DNA from: Octopus sinensis | Lineage: Eukaryota | Direction of reading: 5' to 3' | Assembly: GCF_006345805.1 (NCBI RefSeq) | Contig: NW_021834094.1 | Coordinates: 1-27,053 of the forward strand | Length of the DNA: 27,053 bases | Shown here: in pieces, positions 21,638 through 27,053 of the stretch | How positions within the stretch are numbered: position 1 is the stretch's first letter | Layout of the letters: every line of letters begins with the position of its first letter | Notes under the pieces: generated by a model | What the model was told of the DNA's origin: nothing | What the model saw: the letters and a program-made list of their open reading frames with translations, nothing else | The model's database searches: none | Position numbers and translations under genes: made by a program

Positions 21638-21927
21638 GTATACTGCATGAGCAGCCTCCACAGCTCGTGACGAAAAATTCAATGTAAACCAAACATCTTA
21701 TCACTGCGTTATGTATGCTAACATCGGTACACAATCTTCTTCAGGTGGTTGTCCACAAAATTTAAAAGAAAAAAAAGTCATGAAGCAATAAATATTAATA
21801 TATATAGACAAATAAAGCAAATGGCGAAGGCATGGTGTATTCTACCGATGATCACACGGGTTAGAGACTAATAGCAATGGTTTATGTACATTATGCAACG
21901 GAGTCGGACATGAAAAACAAGGCAAAC

Positions 21928-22000
21928 GAAAGCACTGACTTAGTGTTTAGGGTATTCCGCTCAAGATAGTAAGATCGTCAGTTCGATTTTCGGCGGTCGC
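21928..22000 (+). mobile_element. Decayed tRNA-like SINE head (family A/B type)
   Basis: tgacttagtgtttagggtattc...gtaagatcgtcagttcgatt resembles the family A head with A and B boxes. Confidence 0.45.
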
Positions 22001-22590
22001 TTTGGACCATATAAACATTGTTATGGACCGTTGTAAGTTCATCTGGAATGCATAGAACATTACCGATCTAGGTATAAGACGTGAATATATTCTGTTGAAA
22101 AGATAAATCGTCCAGAAGTGCAGATGAACCGTAATAAAGTTAATACAGGATGTAGAGGATCATTTGTGTTACATGTTAACTGCTCTGATACACACTCGAT
22201 ACGCTTTGCTGTTGACTGACAATATGGAAAGCAAGAAGCAATCGAAATGATAGAGGAACAAATGAAATATGTAAAGAGAGTAAATATTTTTTTTTTCGAG
22301 AAATGCCAGAGGGCCATAAGGGCCGTACTGCTGGCCTCTGTAACACGTGCCAGCATCGATAAACGGACATTAAAACGATACACCTGCTACTGGTGATGGA
22401 GATGATGATTATGATGATAGTTGGAGTGTGTGTGCATGTATGTGTGCGATTCTGTTGGTGTATATGCATATACATACATACACACACACACACATATATA
22501 TATATGGACATTATAAACATACACAAACGTATATATATATATAAACATACATACAACAACATGCATATAAACATACGCAAACGCATATAT

Positions 22591-22596
22591 ATATAG

Positions 22597-22658
<62 letters not shown>

Positions 22659-22684
22659 ATAGAGAGATAGAGAGATAGACAGAC

Positions 22685-22758
<74 letters not shown>

Positions 22759-22784
22759 ATAGAGAGATAGAGAGATAGACAGAC

Positions 22785-22863
<79 letters not shown>

Positions 22864-22894
22864 GAGATAGAGATAGACAGACAGATAGATAGAT

Positions 22895-22957
<63 letters not shown>
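22591..22957. repeat. (GATA)n microsatellite with ~100-bp higher-order repeat
   Basis: The variant block atagataaatagagagatagagagatagacagacag occurs at 22651 and 22751. Confidence 0.97.
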
Positions 22958-23675
22958 CACGCATACATATACATATATACATGCATACATACGAGAGTGA
23001 GAAAAAATAAGTGAAGGAGAAAGTTAAACAGTCTTTTACATAAGTAAAAATAACACCGTAAATTAACAAAATTATCTATAATCGATCACCACCTCAAATA
23101 TAGATTCTAACATTTAAAAAATATTTCTACTGACAATGACTTCGAAGAAGATCCATTGATATTACGGCTTATTCAAACGCACTACATACTTCAACAGTAT
23201 ATTGCAAGGACTACAGCCGCGTGTATAGACAGTGGGCTACAATGTAAATTTGTTCTGGTACACGAGTAAGATAGCATTCCATGTTTTCTTGTTAGTTTCA
23301 CATCAGTAAATTTAGACAACACTCTTCACTGGCTTACTGATGTCGCCTAAAGTAGGAGGTGCTGTCGTGACTGATAGCAGCGCCCTCTGCTAGCGAACAC
23401 TGTTATTAGACACAGAGAAGTCTTGAAATACCAACACAGATCCCTAGAAACGGGCACACAAGAATAAATATGGTAAAAAGACACGGTTTGACTAATTCAG
23501 TAGAGTGATGTCCTTTTTAGATTTCTTTGGAAGGATAAAAAGTCACAGAGAAGGTCAAACCTCGAGAGATGCATTAGATATTAAAATCTGTCGTGAAAAT
23601 AAAGTGGTTATTATGGTATGAAGTACAAGAACTAAATCACTATCGATCTAGTGATGTAACAGAAGCTATATATAT

Positions 23676-23753
23676 GCATGTGTGTGCTCAGACTCTCACA
23701 CACATAAGTGTGTGTGTGTATATTTATATAGAGACATAGAGACAGAGTGACAT

Positions 23754-23788
<35 letters not shown>

Positions 23789-24043
23789 CATACATACAGA
23801 CAGACAGACATACACGCATGTATATACACATGTATATACATAACGTATGTATACAAATATATATATATACACACCCCAAAGATACACACATATACGAACA
23901 TACATACATACACACACATTCACATACACTCACACACAAACACACGCACACACACACACACACACACTCAAACATATATATATAGACAGACAGACACACA
24001 TACCCACATATATATACACATGCATATGCATAACGTGTATATG

Positions 24044-24103
<60 letters not shown>

Positions 24104-24200
24104 CCCAAAGATATAATCACACACATATACGCACATACGTACACACACATTCAGATACACTCACAGACGCACACACACAAACACACACGCATACACACAC
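23676..24200. repeat. Degenerate (CA)n/(TA)n low-complexity tract
   Basis: Directly visible; includes a local duplication 'acaccccaaagata' at about 23871 and 24100. Confidence 0.9.
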
Positions 24201-24498
24201 TCACCAGTTAATACCGAATATCGGATCATGTTTCAGAAACCCAGAATCCCAGTTTGTTGGCACTTATCTTTTGTTACCATGGCAATAAACAGTAAAGTGA
24301 CAACATCTCTCCATCTCCCTTCAACCACACCGCCAGTCTCTTGCAACTGATGCTGCCCCTGTTTGTAAAAATAACACTCACTACTGCAGGTTTACAAAAC
24401 TGTTGTTAGTATCACAAGGCTGCCCCAAATTACAAGGGGCAGGTGTTCCTACCGTGAGTTAATTATCGAAGTAGACTTCGGTTTTCATCTGTTCGAAA

Positions 24499-24590
24499 AT
24501 GTATGTATGTATGTATGTATGTATGTATGTATGTATGTATGTATGTATGTATGTATGTATGTATGTATGTATGTTTGTATGTATGTATGT
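24499..24590. repeat. (TATG)n microsatellite
   Basis: Directly visible. Confidence 0.97.
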
Positions 24591-24611
24591 GTGCATAGAT
24601 ATGCGTAAATA

Positions 24612-24738
24612 TTTCTGTAGAAGAGCGTAGGCTCGAAACGTAAAAGACTTTTTCTATTCCTGAGCGTTATACTAATACATCTGTTTGTTTTGTACACCAC
24701 CTGTCTTCGTCTTTTGTTCTTTTTCGTAAAACTCTCCA
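24612..24738 (+). mobile_element. Short dispersed repeat family E containing a hammerhead-like motif (copy 2)
   Basis: Near-identical to 9004-9125; both copies lie between a (CATA/TATG)n tract and a (TA)n tract. Confidence 0.85.
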
Positions 24739-24740
24739 TA

Positions 24741-24776
<36 letters not shown>

Positions 24777-25336
24777 ATATATATATATATATATATGTAG
24801 TATATGTATATATATGTATGTATATATATGTATATTTATATATATATGCATATATATATGGTCGTGGTGGTGGAGGTGGTGGTGGTGGTGGTGGTGGTTG
24901 TGGTGGAGGTGTGATGAAGTTTACCATAACGTTTATCATGATGACAGAGATTGTAGCTGTAGCAGTGATGATTTACGGTGATGATATGATATTGATGATG
25001 CTGACGACGACGACGACGATGTGAATCACTGAACCAAACCCAGATCCTGATAGACAAATCAAAATCTCAGTCCACCGTTGGGAATTACAAATCGATATCG
25101 ATGTCTCCTCCATCACCATCATTATTACTACTGTGTTTTGTTTATATTTTCCTTTTACTAACCTTCCTTACATTTGACATTTAAGATTCAGTTTGTAATT
25201 ACTGATGGAATAATCATGTCATTGACCAAAATATCAAATATCAATGGAACAAGAAGTGTGTGGAGAGATTGGTTGTTGTGGCAATAATGTTTTGTCGTAA
25301 GTGAATTTGCCTGAGTGATAATTCATGAGTTGTAGT

Positions 25337-25794
25337 GGCACTCCGTCGGTTACGACGACGAGGGTTCTAGTTGATCCGATCAACGGAACTGCCTGCTCGT
25401 GAATACGATCTAATCGACTGGCCTCCCCCCCACCGCCACAAATTTTTGGCTTTGTACCTAAAGTAGAAAAGGATATTTTGTTCAATAAATTACTGTGCAA
25501 GTGACTGAGCACTCCACAGACACGTGTACCCTTAACGTAGTTCTTGGGGGAGATTCAGCGTGACACAGAGTGTGACAAGGCTGGCCCCTTTGAAATACAG
25601 GTACACAGAAACAGGAAGAAAGAGTGAGAGAAAATTGTGATGAAAGAGTACAGCAGGGTTCACAACTTTTCTCTACCGGAGCCTCGTGGAACTTTAGGCG
25701 TTTTCGCTCACTAAACACTCACAACGTCCGTTCTGGGAATCGAAACCGCGATCCTGCAACCGCGAGTCCGCTGCCCTAACCACTGGGCTTCCAC
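25337..25794 (-). mobile_element. tRNA-derived SINE with a distinct head/body but the family A 3' module (resembles cephalopod Ceph-SINEs)
   Basis: Head gcccagtggttagggcagcggactcgcgg...ggtttcgattccc and body gagcgaaaacgcctaaagttccacgaggctccgg. From gtatttcaaagggg onward it is colinear with the family A tail. The Ceph-SINE assignment is from recall, not a search. Confidence 0.8.
25404..25486 (+). mobile_element. Family C SINE tail nested antisense inside the 25337 SINE
   Basis: cgatctaatcgactgg...aaatttttggctttgtacctaaagtagaaaaggat matches 19290-19352 and interrupts the host at gctcgtgaa|attaacgtgcaag. Confidence 0.75.
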
Positions 25795-26019
25795 ATTCAT
25801 GAGTTATATATAGCGACAGTAAACAGCAGTAGGACACGCACACACAGATATATATATTATATATATACACACACAAACACATATATATATAGATAGATAG
25901 ACGGGAGAGAAGAGAGAGAGGGAGAGAAAGAGAGAGAGGGAGAGAGAGAAACGGACAGACAAACAGACAGAAGAAAAAGCAGATATGAAGACGAAAAAAC
26001 AAGAAAGCATATATTAATG

Positions 26020-26315
26020 TTGATGTAATGATGATGATGATGATGATGATGATGACAGCACAATCACAATGAGGATGACGACGATGATGTTGATGATGGT
26101 GATGATGATGAGATGATGATGATGATGATGAGATGATGATGATGATGATGAGATGATGATGATGATGATGACGAATACGAGGTGGAAGAAGAGAAAGAAG
26201 AGAAAGAAGAGATGACGATGATGATGATGATGATGACGGCAGTGACGACACTGCTGCTGTTGATAATGGTAATGATGACTACAACAACGACGATGACGAT
26301 GACGACAATGATGAC
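26020..26315. repeat. Degenerate (GAT)n/(GAC)n trinucleotide tract
   Basis: Directly visible. Confidence 0.93.
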
Positions 26316-26990
26316 GAAATCTGCAGACGAAACTGATAATAATCGCCCGTTAACTCTGCTCTTCATTTAAAAGTGTTTGAATAACTGCAATAAAAACGTC
26401 ATCAATCGACCACCGAGGACCTTTGATCTGCATAATATTTTCATAGCATCTCATTGATTTATTCTGGCGGAGACAGACAGACATTTGTTTGTTTGATTGT
26501 TTTCTAAAGTGTATTTGTGTATTTCGTTTTGTTTTATTGAAACTTTCAGTTGCAAGTGAGATAAGATTCACTTGAAAGTTTATTAATGAAACGTTTTCAG
26601 AGAGAGAAATAAAAAAAAACAAGAAATGGAAATTTTTCAATCACGCTGTTTCTCTTTCTCAGCCAATTATGCAATCAGCGAGAACAATTGGTAATGTTTA
26701 TTTTCCGATACTGTAACAAATATCTGCTCTGGTTTCTTTTTCTTTTCAGCAAACATCGCAAACATACACAAATACACATGAGTAGAGTTATATAAACGCG
26801 CCGAAACTACGCAGATTTCGGTCTCTACGGCTGATGTGAAGTATGCCATTCTAATATGTTCTTTTCTGTGAATCGCTTTCACGTTCCATTTCCGCTATCA
26901 CTATGAACACATGCGTGCGCGCACATACACGTGTGTGTGTGGTGGGGTATTAAAAATATCCAACACAATATTGGGATATATGGAAATATA

Positions 26991-27053
26991 ATCCTTTCTA
27001 CTATAGGCACAAGGCCTGAAATTTTGGGGAAGGGGACTACTCGACTGCATCGA
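26991..27053 (-). mobile_element. 3' tail of a family C SINE running off the window edge
   Basis: atcctttctactataggcacaaggcctgaaattttgggg is the reverse complement of the 19300-19352 type tail. Confidence 0.75.

Noticed and set aside
24353-24442. ctgcccc/ggggcag inverted motifs, terminator- or MITE-like
   Set aside because: The stems are short, with no TSD and no second copy.

Overview
This is eukaryotic, repeat-saturated non-coding DNA (intergenic or intronic). The SINE families and extreme microsatellite load look like a coleoid cephalopod, most likely Octopus (recognised from memory, not searched). No intact protein-coding gene is supported, and almost every long ORF in the track is an artefact of simple repeats. 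Four decayed retroelement fragments are present: a Tx1/L1-type RT (1-452), a Penelope-like element with GIY-YIG endonuclease and a downstream hammerhead motif (850-1770), an RTE (4601-5139) and an R4/Dong-type restriction-like endonuclease (18402-18972). There are also more than a dozen tRNA-derived SINE copies or fragments built from shuffled modules, Tc1/mariner MITEs, several long inverted repeats, and a 3.7-kb (TATG)n array with ~1.72-kb higher-order structure. The most notable signal is a recurring set of minimal Penelope-type hammerhead ribozyme motifs. One forms the 3' tail of a tRNA-headed SINE flanked by an 18-bp near-perfect target-site duplication (4221-4468). Another is a CUGUAGA core variant conserved in two dispersed copies (9002 and 24612).
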